Positions 27,492 to 41,503 of a DNA stretch of 64,000 nt are shown here, in pieces. Location: NCBI RefSeq assembly GCF_009914755.1, contig NC_060934.1. One strand, 5' to 3'. The position numbers were made by a program, and so were the translations under genes. Position 1 is the first letter of the stretch. Every line of letters begins with the position of its first letter. The notes beneath the pieces were generated by a model, which ran no database searches, was not told the DNA's origin, and saw only the letters and a list, made by a program, of their open reading frames with translations. Source of the DNA: the human T2T-CHM13v2.0 reference genome, Homo sapiens.

Positions 27492-28569
27492 AGCTAGAGC
27501 TACTTTAAATGGCCGGAAAGGGGAAGCAAAGCACAGTGTGCCTAGCCCATGTCAGATGCCGTGGTTGATAAATATATGCAAAGGAATGAGCCAAACATGG
27601 CAACGCAGAAGTTGCTGAGAGGAAAGGAACAACCACAACTGTGGTTGTTTGCCAATTTTAGATTGTTTGCCAGTTTTAGATTGTATCCCTCAGAAGGCAG
27701 GCCACTGAGGAGATGACTTCTGACTGGTGAAAGATGCCAGGGTTAATGATCCTTAATTTTGCAGAGCTCAGGGGCAAGAAGAGGAGAAGAAATGAGGAGA
27801 GGACTGAGGACCAGGGTGGTAAACACCAGAAGAAGGTGCTGACTGGATAAGGAAAGCCATGTGCTCACCCAGATTGAGAACATCAGATGGCCCCGTGAGA
27901 GCTGGCAGAGTGTCTATCTCTGGCCAGAATGGGGCATTAGGACAGGGAGGTTGAGCTGCAGTTCAGCTCTACTGAGAGGCTGACTTGGCTGCATCGACTG
28001 GATGTCTTTTCTGTTTTTTTTTTTTTCTTTTAAAATAGCCCATATTCTTATTGCCACCAGCCTCTCCCCGAGAAGATCACTAGAGGAGTAGTGAACTTGC
28101 TGGGTAGGTAAAAAGCATACGATAACTCACACCTCCACTCCTGACTGAAATTGTCAGTGGGAAAGTGGCCCTGTGGGAATGACCAAGTGTATGGCAGGTC
28201 AGACTGGGGGTTCCTCCCACAATGTACCAGTCCGCACTAAGTCCTTCGGAATGCCTCTGGATGAGACAAGAACTCAGTGAACAGTTTCAGGACTCAGACT
28301 AGGAGTTGATGCCATAGAATAGTCCCAAGCACCTCTACGAAGTTGAAGAGGGAGGATGTCCAGTCTGCCAGTCAGCATCAGGTACCTGGAGAGTAGCGTG
28401 AGTGACAGGTAGCTGGCAGGACCTGCCAGATGATGAGCAGGTGCCTGAGCAGGCGGTGAAACCAAGGAGCAGTGTCTCTTTGGAGGTACAGTCTCCTTGG
28501 AGAAGATGTTGTAAATAGCCAGTGAAGTAGAAGTTATGCCCTGAGGTGACCCACACAGAGACGTCACCC

Positions 28570-28870
28570 CAGAAAAACTTTTCTTCACAAATACACAAGA
28601 AGCCACGCATAAGAATGTTTGTTGTAACATTGTTTATAATAGCAAATTAAAAAAAATACTTCTCAGTGGTTTGAAAGGATAAGCAGTGGTTTATTCATAA
28701 GCTGAAACACTAGATAGCAGTTAAAGTGAATGAATGACCACTAGGTATGTAACACGGATACATCTCACAAGCCGAATGTTGGGTGAAATAAGCAAGCTGC
28801 TGAACATATATCCTATGTGAGAACACTTATGTACATGTAGAAACACTCAAAAAGGTTATGTGTTGTTTAT
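28570..28870 (+). mobile_element. Old L1M 3' fragment
   Basis: AAGAATGTTTGTTGTAACATTGTTTATAATAGCAAA. Confidence 0.65.
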
Positions 28871-29940
28871 GCACACAAACACTTGTTAAATCTAATAGTG
28901 GCCAAATGATGGGCATTGCATTGTGTTTTTCTGTGTGCTGGAAATAATAAGAAAAAAAGAACAAGGGATAGAGACACACATGTGTGTGCACACACACGTG
29001 ACAGTGGAGTGGGGTTGGGGTAACTGGAGCCAGGGTACAGGAGCCAGAGCCCCGTGGCTACACTGACCTCATGCGCCACCTTCCAGGTTAGTTGTGTGCA
29101 CTGAACAATTCAGAATGGTAACTGGCAGAGTGCCAGGCCCATGCCTGGCTCAGGGCACTGGTGTCATGGCTCCAGTGTTCTGAACATTTCAGTCTTATGA
29201 ACCTAGTGTCAGGATTTGGGAGGCTAGCTTTAAAATTGATGAGATGAGCCTGTTTTCTCTAAGTGACCCCACTGGCTGATGTCTGGAATCACAAAGTAGA
29301 GAGGATGGTTTGCTTTCTTGTAAGAGCAAGTTCTGCCAGCATAAATGTCTCTGGCAATGGGGCTGAGACCTCTCTACCATTTGCCCCTCACCCCAGGCCA
29401 AGTGGGCCCACAGAATGCTGTGGTCAGGGCAGTGTGCAGTGGCCATCCTGGAAAGGACAGAGTCGAGGGCACTGTTGGTTCCATAGGCTCCCAGGCTCCC
29501 TGAGGTATCTTCATCAAATAGGACTTGTTCCTCTGAGACCAAATGAGCAGAACCTGCCAGAGGCATGGAGGAGACTGAGACATAGAGGGTGTCCTTTGTT
29601 GGGCAGTCCCTCTTTTCAGCAGCCACTTTTGGAAAATAGCAAAGTCAGTGTTAATCTGTCATGCAGCTTGTGAAAGTGAGACCATGTGTGATGATCAGCG
29701 TACTATCTTTTGTGAGAGTTATTTGGATTCGGGAAGGAAGTTTGTTGTGACTTCCATCAGTCCTGCAGGGATCCCTGAGAATTTAGCTCTTCTAAGACTT
29801 TTGCTATAGATAGTATGAGAAAAAGATGATAGTTGGAAAACAACTTAGCATTGTGTTGGTGGTTTAATAAAATTTAAGATCCCATAAGGGACCTTAGGAT
29901 TATGTAAGTAAACCTCTTGTGTTAATGATGGAATGGAGCT

Positions 29941-30395
29941 TGACAAAGATGCTTTCCTTAACCAAACTTGAGTTAGGATCCTCTGAGCTCTTTTTTTAAC
30001 TAGGCTCCCCTGCTTGGGCATGTTCTCAAGAGTCCAATTTTTTAACAAGAATCCTTCTAAGTCATGTTAGCCAGAATCTCCCAGCCTCTGTTGCTAATGA
30101 AAGTCCTCATCCTCCACTATAATCTAGATAATATCTGATCACCCTGGCCTGCATTCAGCAAGAAACTTGTTAGATTAGTAACAAAGAATTACCCTCCCCT
30201 GTTAGCAATTTTTCATCCACTGACCTCTCCTCTGCCTCTGATAAAAAATTCCCACTTTTCCTTTTTCTATTTGGAGTTGAGCCCTGTCTTTCCCCTACTG
30301 CAAAATCCCATTGCAGTAGTCTCTCTACATATTGCAGTAGTCCTGAATAAAGTTTACTTAATCATTTTAACCAGTGTCAGAATAATTTTTTAACA
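29941..30395 (+). mobile_element. MER31-family ERV1 solo LTR
   Basis: TGACAAAGA...CCTTAACCAAACTT...CCTCTGAG start, TGATCACCCTGGCCTGC, TTTGGAGTTGAGCCC, AATAAA near the end, ends ...TAACA. Confidence 0.75.
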
Positions 30396-30849
30396 GCCTT
30401 CTAAAAGTGGCTTGTGCAGGGTAACACGTTGAGTGCATTTGAAAATCAGCTCTACAGTCTCGACTTCTAGGCTCCAGCTTCAATGTTCTTTCTCCACACC
30501 ATGCTGCCTTAATGCCTTCAAGAGTGTAGAATTAAGAAGTAATTAACTCTGTAAAATATTTTACTTGGATTAATAAAAATGCAAATGACAGCCTCTAGAG
30601 ATCATGGTCTATCTCCAGTCTTGCACTGCCTAGGATAGTTGCTCAGGGTGATTTGTCATTTAACCGTAATTCTACTACAAGTGAATTACAGACCCTTCCC
30701 TAGGACAGACCTTGCTAGACTGTACCGTCTGCACTGTTGTGCTAGCATCCAAAGCCTCAAGCGTGTTTTCTAGGCATTGTTTGCTGTGTGTTGAATTACC
30801 ACTAGACATCAGTAGTTGGTTAAAAACTTGTGAGTAGGTTTGGACAATC

Positions 30850-31700
30850 TCATTCATCCATTCATTCTTACAAATAAAGACAAATTAAAACAATACAAAA
30901 ACTATTACTTTCAGCAGTTGCTTTGTACCAGGCATGGTGCAAGACACTGGAGCTGTTAAAAACATGGTTCTAGTCTTCAAGGAGTTACAGCCAAGGAAGA
31001 GATCCCAGAATAAGGACAGTGTAGCCAAACCAATAGGATAAATGCTTAAATAGAAATGCGTACAAGATAGTACGGGACCACAGAGGAGATTGTGATTAAT
31101 CCCCCCCGGGAAAGCTGGAAAAGGGTGATGTTGGAATTAGATGTTGAGGGTTGGAGGAAAATTTGCCAAGTAGAGGAAACAGGGATGGATAGTTCGGACA
31201 AGGAGATGATGCGTACAGCAGCGGAGGGCAGTGAGAATGTAGGACATGCTCAGGAAAGTTTAGCGAGGCTGGAGAGAAAGGGCCAGAGGAGCAAGTGGCT
31301 GGGAATGGGTCCAGAAAGGGACGTTGAAGCCAGATTTTACAAGACTTAAGCTTGGAAGATTCAGCTTGACTGTGTGCATTGGGCAATTACTACCAAGGAG
31401 TGAGGTGGACAGATCTGGGGTAGAAAAATAGCCTGGTAACAGCATGGAGGATGAATGGGGGAGGGAGAAGACTGGAAGAAGAGCATCAAATTGGGGGATC
31501 GTTGAAACATGATGATGTATGAGCCACAGCATTGGTGTGATGATGGAAAGGATACCAGGGGTCTAAGTTTTTTAGGAAATAGCATTATTAAGACTTGAAG
31601 AGTGATCTGCGTTGTAGAAAGGCAAGGAGAAAGATTGGGAGTGATTCCCAGAGCTTCTGTGCCTGCAGTAGACAAGAGTCAGAGAATAAGTCAGCTTTTG
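30850..31700 (-). mobile_element. L2
   Basis: CATTCATCCATTCATTC terminus, GTACCAGGCATGGTGC, purine-rich body. Confidence 0.65.
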
Positions 31701-31953
31701 GGGGATTGATGATTAAAGTTAGCATAACTCATGACCATGTGGAGCCAGTAGCCTAGGGAGGGGTTTGAAATATTGATATTTGTTTATTCAGTAAACGTGA
31801 AACGTGCTGAGTGTGCATAATGTGTAAAACTTTGTGCTGTACATTTTGGAGAAAGGAGAAATGAATGAATGCCTCTTCACTTTTGTTTATTTTTTAACAT
31901 TTTAGTATACCTGCATTCTGTTAGGAGGTTTCCCATGTCTTATATTTTTGTAA

Positions 31954-32291
<338 letters not shown>

Positions 32292-32730
32292 AATCTTCAT
32301 CCCTCAGATAAGGAACCTGAGGCTCCAGTGGTGCAAATAACTTGCACATGGTCATGCAACCAGAGAGCTATGGATGTAGAATGAAACAGAGATTTTGCTA
32401 CACCCAAAATTCATGTTCTTTCCTCTTATGAAGGGAGTTTTGTGATGTTCTTTAATTCTTTGAGGAGCCTACATTGTGCTTGGGGAAACAGAGCATAGAG
32501 AAATCAATCATGACACTATTGAAGAGTTAGAGAAGAGGCATGTACAGTGTGCCTTGGGTGCCTAAGGATGGGGAAATCTGTTCTGGTGCAGAAAAGAGAG
32601 GAGCGGTGATTGGGAGGAGGGCTAGAGAAGCTTTTACAGAGGAGGTGCAGGTGGGTGTTTACACTGGGCCCAGGGACCAGGAATCTGCCAGCTTGGATGA
32701 GGGTGGGGGTGACTGTTAAGGGTCATCACA

Positions 32731-32872
32731 TTGGGAAGGAGGCTGAGGTGGGAGGATGGCTTAAGCCCAGGAATTTGAGGCACAAGCCATCGGGCTGATG
32801 TGATGCTATGATTGTGCCACTACACTCCATCCAGGCTAGGCAACAGAGTGAGCACCTGTCTCTTAAAAAAAA
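32731..32872 (+). mobile_element. Alu right-arm monomer (FRAM/AluJ-like)
   Basis: GGAGGCTGAGGTGGGAGGATGGCTTAAGCCCAGG...GCAACAGAGTGAG...TGTCTCTTAAAAAAAA. Confidence 0.85.
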
Positions 32873-34057
32873 GACAAAGGTTATATAGTTTTAAGTACTA
32901 AGCTTCTGAAGCTGAGCTGTTGGCCAGGGAAGCACTGATTAGCATTAGAAGGTGGATAAAGGCTCAAAGCAAAGGCTGGGGGTGGTGGTTACTAGGGCAT
33001 CAAATGCCAGTTCAAAGCAAGGCTCAGAGCCAGAGTTGGGAACTGAGATTGTGGCGGATTTCAGGCCCCTATAAGGTCAGTTGAGTACAGAGAAAATGCA
33101 TTGACCTCTGTGCTCTTCTAAAGCTTGAGTTGGAGAAGTTTTGTAAGTCTAGCCAAGGACAGTGATGACGGGAAGAGGAGGTGAGAACTGATGATACAGG
33201 TGGTGGAAAAAGGGAGGGAGGTCTCTGTGGGCCAGGGTTTGGGGACAGGTGAACAGTATGGCAGGGAGGTCAACTACTTGAATCCCACTGTTTGGCACCC
33301 TCTCTCCCTCCTCCACCATGGAAGGCAGGATGGAAAGAAAGGAGCCTCTACTTCTGGTTTTGGCATAGGTCAGTGTGCTGGAAAGGAGGAGCAGGTAGCC
33401 AGCAGGATCATTGGAGTGATGAACCCCTCCTCTGTAAGCAGCCCAGTGCCATAGGCTTTTCACCCTGGACACACCCACATCGTTGTCCCTGTGTAAAGCA
33501 TCCAACCCTCTGCCTGGTGTGGTCTCATTTAGCCATTGGACCCCATAAGTTTTCTGGGCACTTCCTACCCCTCCAAGGGTCCCTTGCTTCAGGCTCAATG
33601 GAGTGGGTTGAAGTTGGTTGTACCCTGGTGATGACCTCAGGAGACAGCTGGCCATGCTCCCATGGCCTCCACACACAACTCCCGTATAGAGGGTCCGCTG
33701 GTGGGAACTTGTGTGCTTCCACAACTCCACACAGAGCTGGGGTGGGGGGGTGGGGCGGGGCTGAGCAGCATGAGAGTCAGGCCGTCTCCAGCAGCTCCTT
33801 TCACCAAACAACTTCACAAAGGGCGAAAAAGTAGGTCCTGAGAAAGGCTGGAAGCAAAGGGGAGCACGCTTAGGTAGTAAGCAGGTGCATTAGTCTAATT
33901 GCTCTTCTAAAATTAATGGGGCTTTTTATCTCTGAAGCACTCATATGATTCGGGAAGAAAGGTGCTGGTCGGTCGAGGGAGAACCTGGCTTCCCTTTAGA
34001 CATAGCTGCCCATTGGTAAAATGATCTCTCCCTCTCTGTTTTCTCTTTTACCTGCAG

Positions 34058-34157
34058 GTCGACAGATTATGGCACCACCTATGAAAAGCTGAATGACAAA
34101 GTGGGTTTGAAGACTGTCCTCAGTTACCTCTATGTCAATCCAACCAACAAAAGGAAG
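34058..34157 (+). CDS. SORCS3: Internal coding exon (100 nt, phase 2 to phase 0) of VPS10-domain receptor SorCS3, probably exon 3
   Basis: Polypyrimidine tract then CCTGCAG acceptor (AG 34056-34057) and AAG|GTAAGA donor (GT 34158-34159). After one G completing an Arg codon it translates STDYGTTYEKLNDKVGLKTVLSYLYVNPTNKRK, containing an Asp-box (S-x-D-x-G-x-T-Y). As I recall the paralogues, KTVLSYLYVNP is SORCS3 and KTILSYLYVCP is SORCS1. Not in the ORF track. Confidence 0.93.
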
Positions 34158-34369
34158 GTAAGAGACTGGGTCAGTAGGTCCTGAGCACTCCTGCTGGGTA
34201 GCTGTGCTGATTAGGGCCAGAGGTTAAGGAAAAAACTCAGTTGTCATTGAATCATTTACAGAGGTCTGGTTTATATGCTGGGAACTTCATAAACGCTGTT
34301 TGTAATTCTAACAACAAGCTTGATAGTAATAATAATAATAGTGACAGCAGCAGTGATAGTAATGCCACC

Positions 34370-34560
34370 AGTAAAACTATGTACCTATGTCTTATCTCAG
34401 TTATCGTTACAATGAATCTATGGGATAGAAACTATTATGGTCCCCATTTTGCAAGAGAAGCTCAGAGAGATGAAGTAACTTTCTACCCTGAATCAGATGG
34501 TGGTAAGTAACAGATCTAGAATGTAAGCATGGGTTTGCTCAGCTTCAGAGTTGAGTCTTT
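34370..34560 (-). mobile_element. MIR
   Basis: CCCCATTTTGCAAGAGAAGCTCAGAGAGATGAAGTAACTT. Confidence 0.65.
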
Positions 34561-35571
34561 CCACAGCCTTCCTCTTGCTGGTACATTTTTTGAGAACCCC
34601 TTACTCCAAGGGAGATTGTTTCTCCCACGTGAAGGAAAGAAAGGCAGCTCCTGGCTTCTTCAACTTGATCCTGAGCTGCTTCTGAGGCAGAGGGCAGACC
34701 AGACTCCTCTGGCACCTCTGCTTCTCTGCTTTCCTCTTGATTTAGCAGCCAGGATGAAATCATATAAGGTCAGACCTTGGCCATGGAAATCTACTGAGAG
34801 GAGGAGGCCTGGATTCTGTGGAACAATGGGCAGTTTTAGAAAACAAATACTGCACCATGTATTATCTTTGGGGAGATGTGCTCTTTCTCCAGCTAAGAAA
34901 GCACTGCTATTTAGAAACGTAGGCAGACATGATTCAAATACATGCACCAAAATGACCATATTAAAGGTCATTTTAATATTTCTAAAAGGCTAAAAAAAAA
35001 TGGCACCACCAAGCTCTCCTCTTGCAATCTGATTTGCATTCCCCCGTGGTTTTGCCAGTGCTTTCTTCCTCAAGGTAAGCTCAGGAGCAAGCTTCAAACC
35101 ATTGTGCGGATGTCTCTGATTTCTAACATGGTAGAGTCCAAACTGTGGCTGATAATTATGACTGTTTATGCTGCTCAGAGCAGAGCAGCTTTTACCTGAG
35201 CCACTAGCAGAATAATGTGCATCCATAGACTTTCTCCTCACCTCCACCTCTAGTGCCCCTAAGTACACCCAGCAAAGGGAGGGAGCAGAATTGTTGACTT
35301 ATGGTTCAGCATTGGTGATAGATAGCCAAAGGATCCAGTTAGCTCTAGGGACTCTCAGGCCCTAGACTGTGCCCACTAGCCAAGTGCCAAAGCTTTGATC
35401 ATCAGGCTGGCTGTTTAGGCACCTGTTATTGATTTTATTTGAGTAGTTTCTTTTTTCTTTGTCCCAAAGCATTGCCATTTTCACATCTTTCAGTATCATT
35501 ATTTAAATTATTGGATTTTAGAGCTAGAAGAAAGCACAGATTTCACCTAGACAAGTGGTTATTAATAGTTT

Positions 35572-36330
35572 CTTTTAATTTGTTTATTTTAAAATTAACA
35601 TATAACATTGTATGTGTTTATATTGTACAACATACTGTTTTGAAGTACATATGCATTGTGGAATGGTTAAATCTAGCTAATTAACAAATGCAGTAACTCA
35701 CAGTTACTTTGTGGTGATAATACTTAATATCTACTCTTATCATTTTTCAAGAAAATAATATATTGCCATTAACTATAGTCATCATGCTCTACAATAGATA
35801 TCTTGAACTTATTCCTCCTATATAACTGTAATTATGTATTTTTTGACCAATGTCTCCCAAACATGCCTCCCCTTTAACCATTCGACCCCTGTTAACCACC
35901 ATTCTATTATCTAATTCTGAGATTAACTCTTTTAGATTCCACATATGCGTGAGATCAAATGGTATTTGTCTGTCTGTGTCTGGCTTATTTAACTTAGCAT
36001 AATGTCTTCAGGTTCATCCATGTTGTCACAAAAGACAAGATTTCCTTTTTTATGGATGAATGGTATTTTATTGTGTCTACGTACCACATTTTCTTCATTC
36101 ATCCATTGATAGACACTTAGGTTGATCTTATATCATGGCTGTTGTGAGTAGTGCTGCAATAAACATGAGAGTGCAGAAATCTCTTGGACATACTGGTTTC
36201 ATTTTCTTTGGATATATACCCAGTAGTCGAATTGCTTGTTCATATGGTAGCTCTATTTTTAATTTTTGAGGAACTCCATACTGTTTTCTATAATAGCCAT
36301 ACTAATTTACATTCCCACCAACAGTGTGCC
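35572..36330 (-). mobile_element. L1MA (MA7-9-like) 3' fragment
   Basis: CATTGTGGAATGGTTAAATCTAGCTAATTAAC ... TAATTTACATTCCCACCAACAGTG; degenerate TSD TAA(T/C)AGTTT. Confidence 0.85.
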
Positions 36331-36500
36331 TAACAGTTTTTGGACTGCAAGTCTTTTACACATGTGATTAAAGTTCTAGGTGGCCTCTCTAGAAATATGC
36401 CTATGCCACAAAAATTTTCATACATTTTGAGGACTTCGTGGACACCTCAGATCCCACTCATGAACCCAAGATATCCATGGAGTCTCGGTTAGAAATCATT
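36331..36500. mobile_element. hAT-Charlie MITE (MER117-like); its other end lies at about 35552-35570
   Basis: CACAAAAATTTTCATACATTTTGAGGACTTCGTGGACACC...GGTTAGAAATC. Confidence 0.5.
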
Positions 36501-37633
36501 TTTCCATGCCAACAACATTTTACAGATGAGAAAATTGAAGCAAAAAAAACTCACATAGCCAGATAGAAAAAGGAGCCAGGATTAGAACCCAGGACTCTTG
36601 ATTGTCAGGCCAGATGTATTTGCATCAGCTCATCTTTTGCAGCTTTTCTTCTTGTACAGTGATAGCGTAGGGGTTCAAAATTGCTTTATGATCTTGAATT
36701 AAAGCTTGGTGCCATGTCCTTGATGGGCACATGATTAAAGTTGACTGAATCAAGCCAGCAGTGATGGTTTTCAGTTCTTCTCCTGCCCTTCTCCCTTCTT
36801 GAGAAGGAAGCAGAGGCCCACAGAGGACAACTGCCCCACCCAGCCAACTCAACAGGTTAGGAGCAGCCTTGTCAGTTGGTCTGATGACTCCTAATTTAGT
36901 GCTCCTCCCATCCCACACAAGTGCCTTGAGCATACTGGATCTCAGTGGGCATATGCACTTTGGGCGAAGCAAGAACTGGATATTTGGTGCATGAAAAGTG
37001 CCCTACAGCGCTGATCTCTGTCTTGTATCTGGGCCACAACAGAATTAATCGTATTTTCATGTAGATGATTGATAGGCCACTTTTGTGAGGATTTTCCTAA
37101 GTGGCTCGTGAAGGTTTGTACCTGTTTGTATCTGTTTTGGAATTCATCTGTCATGTATGTTTCCTCTTCGAAAATATCATAATGATGTTTCTTTTTGTCT
37201 TTTGCTGTTTTTTTCTACTCCTGACAGTCTGAACTCTCCTTAGTGCAACTAAGAAGTTCTTAGAAGTGATAGAGACAAGGGATGGATTAAGGCAGATTCT
37301 GTGGGTTGGAAGGAACGTAGAGTTGAGATTTGGCTCTCACTGGCACGGGGATACCACCTCCATTTATCCTTCCTCATGGTGACATTCAGGCAGTGGGCTC
37401 TCAGGAGCCATTTCTCACAGAAACTAGTGCTCAATAAACAGAAGTTAGGCCTATTTTGTTGTCTGGTCTGAGAAACATCACCAAAGTGTAGTTAACTCCC
37501 ATCTGGGAGGCACTGCCACCCAGAAAGTTAAACATACAGACATTTTCTTCACTCAGATTGGGGAAAAATAAGCAACAGGCCAATGGCATGGATTTTTTTT
37601 TTTTAGAAAATAGCAATAGAAATTAACGTTTGT

Positions 37634-37972
<339 letters not shown>

Positions 37973-39710
37973 TCATCATCCAAGAAAAAATGAAATTGGA
38001 TTCATTTTCATTTTACTAAGTGGTATGTATTGTAATCTGAGCCTCTTGATGTTGACAGTGCACACGTAGTCTACATTCTAACTTTCTCGTAACCAGTATA
38101 TTCAGCTTAGCAGAAATCCCCCTTCTCCAGCCACTTAGGCAAAAAGAAAATTTGATATAAATAAAAATACTCTTATTTGTTCCTTTATTAGTCTAGAGCT
38201 CTGGAACCATGTAACACAACTTCGTTTTTAAGTTTCCTTCTTTACGTCTTCAAGTTTAAACTTATGGTAATATGGATACTCATCTCAGCTTGTGTTAGGC
38301 AAGATGGTTTAGATTTGGTTAGTACCCAAATTATCTGTAGCAACCCATTTCATCAGTCAGCCAATGGCAGTAGTCTCTCGTGGATTTTTGAGTTCATCTT
38401 GTAGAAGCACTTGCTTTTCACCTAATGAGTTATTTATTTAACAGATGGCTGCTGCTTTCCTTGGAGGCTATGAATACATCAAATGAGATCTGTTGCCCCT
38501 GGCAAAACAGTAAATTGAGTTTGTATTCATGTAGTTGCTCCCAAAGCTAATTGTTGATTTTTTAAACAATTTTGAACAACATAAAATTATCCAAATACTG
38601 ATAGTTAATTAACCATTAAGTTGGAAGGAAGCAGAGGTGTTAACCTGTGTATAGTTTCCTTCTACCAGTAATCATCCCAGGTAGCACTAACTGAGCAGCT
38701 ACTATCCTAAACTCCCTTTTAAGAGTTTTATCCACATGATCTCTAATCCTCCCAGCCACTTTGAAAGTAGGCAGGGTAAGAAAATAGACTTTGATAAATT
38801 ACCCCAAGACTATATTGCTATAAATGGTAGATCTACAGCAGCTTTCCCAATGGGTTTATTTTGAGGACAAATTAGTCATTCAGCAATTCTGGGCTTCCTG
38901 GAGGTAGCTGAGATTTAGACTGGGAGTACTGTCTTTATCACAGGCTGTGAGCAGGGTATAATCATTTCATCTAGCGGGTTTTATAATTCCCTGTCTAAAT
39001 GAGAGTATTGATATGAAATGCACGAAGCTGCTTCAGTCAAAGTTGTCCTAGACTGCTGTTCTGTGGCATGGTGGCATCAGCATTATTTTAATGACCTTGA
39101 CCCACTCTGACTATTTGATGTGAATTTTGTATACCCGGTTGTTTGCCTTTCTCCAGCCATTGGCCAATTAACTCATTGCCCAGGTTTGAGCCCAACTTCC
39201 TTATGGGAGCCCAGAATTGCTGAATGTGTCTGGTTGGTACTTGAAGATGAGGAATAGTATATTAGCTCTGGAAGCAAGAGAGTGTATGGTTTGCCTCCCA
39301 GAGGAGTGGCTCCATTATGGTGGGGCTAGTAAGCTCTAGCTCACAGCTTCTCCTTCCCCTTGCATGAGATAAACATCCCTGGGTTCCCAGAACTCATTAC
39401 TGTCAGTTGTTTCTTGTCCTCAGGCCCATGCAGAATGGCAAGTGCCAAGGTCAAGTCTGCTGTGCTTTGTAAAAACAGGCTGAAGGCTTTGTGCCTTAAC
39501 TAGAGAGGAGCCTGACTCCCATGGGCGAGCTTATTTGAGAATGAATCTTTGAGTGGACAGAGAAATGCAGGCATGTTATTGTCTAATTACTCTGGCTCCA
39601 AAGTGACTGCCACCTGCAACTTTGGAGACAGTGCATTGGAAATGGCAGAGAGCACACACTGGTCTAACAGCCAGAGAATGTGACCAAATTACTATAGTTA
39701 GAGGTACATG

Positions 39711-39762
<52 letters not shown>
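39711..39762 (+). repeat. Compound microsatellite (TC)9(TG)17
   Basis: Direct read. Confidence 0.96.
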
Positions 39763-39763
<1 letters not shown>

Positions 39764-39799
39764 TGAAAACTATAAGGTCTGACATCAGTATAGGCTAAT

Positions 39800-40010
39800 G
39801 AGTTCTTTCTATTGAGCTTCTAATAAGTTCTAGGCACTGGGCTAAGTTCCTTACTACACTTTATTCTAAGTTTTACTATTAATCTCCTGAGCGTGGTAGT
39901 TTTATCCTCATTTGACAGACGAAGAAACTGAGGCTCAAGCAGATAGACACTTAATTTTGGAAAATAGCTAATAAGAGGGGGTCCAGGATTCCTGTTCACC
40001 TCTATCTGCC
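39800..40010 (-). mobile_element. MIR
   Basis: ACAGACGAAGAAACTGAGGCTC core. Confidence 0.7.
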
Positions 40011-40665
40011 CACAGGGTTGGTGCCACTACCACAGGTATAAAGACCAGGTGAGTTGTAATCATCACTCTATTAGTGGTAACCCTGTTGCCTGGGGTTTTC
40101 TGTTCATTAGTGTTAGAGGATTAGCAGTTTCTTGGAGGAGGAGGGGAATATTACATCCTGCATTCCTAATTGATTTACCAGTGAGAAGGATAATTACTTT
40201 CAGGCTACCCTGCAGAAATATAGTGGGAATTACCAGTGAGATTCTTACAGTGAGCAAGCTGCTTTTGTCAAGCTGTTCGAGAGGCACCGCGTGTGTGGTC
40301 GGAGGCTGGTTATGCCAATGTCGCTCTCTGGATACAACACATAACCCTGAACTATCTTTAAAATGCTGGAAAACCTTTAACCAAAACATAGCACAGAATT
40401 TTAAAATACCAGACTCCTAAGATAGTTGCAGGGTCAGGGAAAGTAAGTGGCAGGGTAACACATTTTCAGTCCACAAATATTAAAGTCTCTTACACTAAAG
40501 TAAGGCCAAAAAGGTGGAAAGGTAATTTTAGGCTGTTGAACAATCTTTTAAAAATGTCTACCTCTGAGCAAAGTATGTTTTGAGGGAGGGAGTTTCCTGC
40601 TTTCAGAAATGTGCAATTCACCTGGGCAGACAAGATGCACCGAAGAAAATGACTGCTACATAGAC

Positions 40666-40910
40666 CTAGGTCTCAAATTCGGATGCATGCAGGGGCCAGA
40701 AGATAATGGCAAGGAAGATGTGGGCCAGGTAGAGACTTGGAAGCCCCTCTGTAAAGGGCCTTTTGCCATTAGGCTCCAAATGACTGTTGTCATGTGAAAA
40801 TGAGGGCCCAGCATAGCCAGTTATTGTTAACATCCTTGCTATTATGTTCTGAGTTTTAAAGATATTTTTCTATATAGATTTTAATATGAAACATCCGTGT
40901 TTTGAAATAT
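40666..40910. mobile_element. MER102-like hAT transposon
   Basis: GCTCCAAATGACTGTTGTCATGTGAAAATGAGGGCCCAGCATAGCCAG resembles MER102. Confidence 0.55.
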
Positions 40911-41503
40911 TTAGGAGGTGGAGTTCAGGGTTTGGGGGCTAACAGGCTGTACCAAATCTACTGTTATCCCTGTTTCCAGTTGGCAGCATGTGGCATATTC
41001 AAGTGGTAACTAAGTCTACAGGTGAAAAGTTGGTATTTGCAAAGTGGTCTTTAGAGTCACAGGAGAACACTTCGTAGACTCTCTTGCTGGGGACCTGCAC
41101 TGATACCCTTATATGTGTGAGAGATAAACTAAGTCAAGTGTGGCTTACAAAGATTTCCCTTTGACTCAGAGGAAGCACATGGTTGATCCTTCAGTGCAAA
41201 GGGACTTTTTGTGTCATTGTAGGGTAAGACCACTAGAGTAGGGGTAGGGGGCAGATGTCTGCTTTCTGCTTCTGGTTTTGCCCCTGAGCAACTCAGTGTC
41301 TTTATATAGGCCACTTCCCTCCCAGGGCTTTCATTTCTCTATTTGTATAATGGCAAGTTTATGTTCTATGCTTTTCGAAGCCCCTTCCAGCTCAGGTCGT
41401 CTGGATGGCCACCATTTAGACAGTGTTTTTCAGAGGGCTTTGCAGTACCATGTGATGATCCACATTTAATTTCTGTGGCTCATTGGATAGCCAGTTGGGA
41501 AGT

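Noticed and set aside
33149-33834. Longest ORFs (222 aa minus strand, 180 aa plus strand)
   Set aside because: No recognisable domain; mutually overlapping in a locally GC-richer patch; no splice or promoter support.
34058-34157. Assignment of the exon to SORCS1
   Set aside because: V in KTVL and N in YVNP match SORCS3 as I recall it; a BLAST search would settle it.
35305-35327. RE1/REST-like TTCAGCA...GATAG
   Set aside because: Too many mismatches and wrong half-site spacing.
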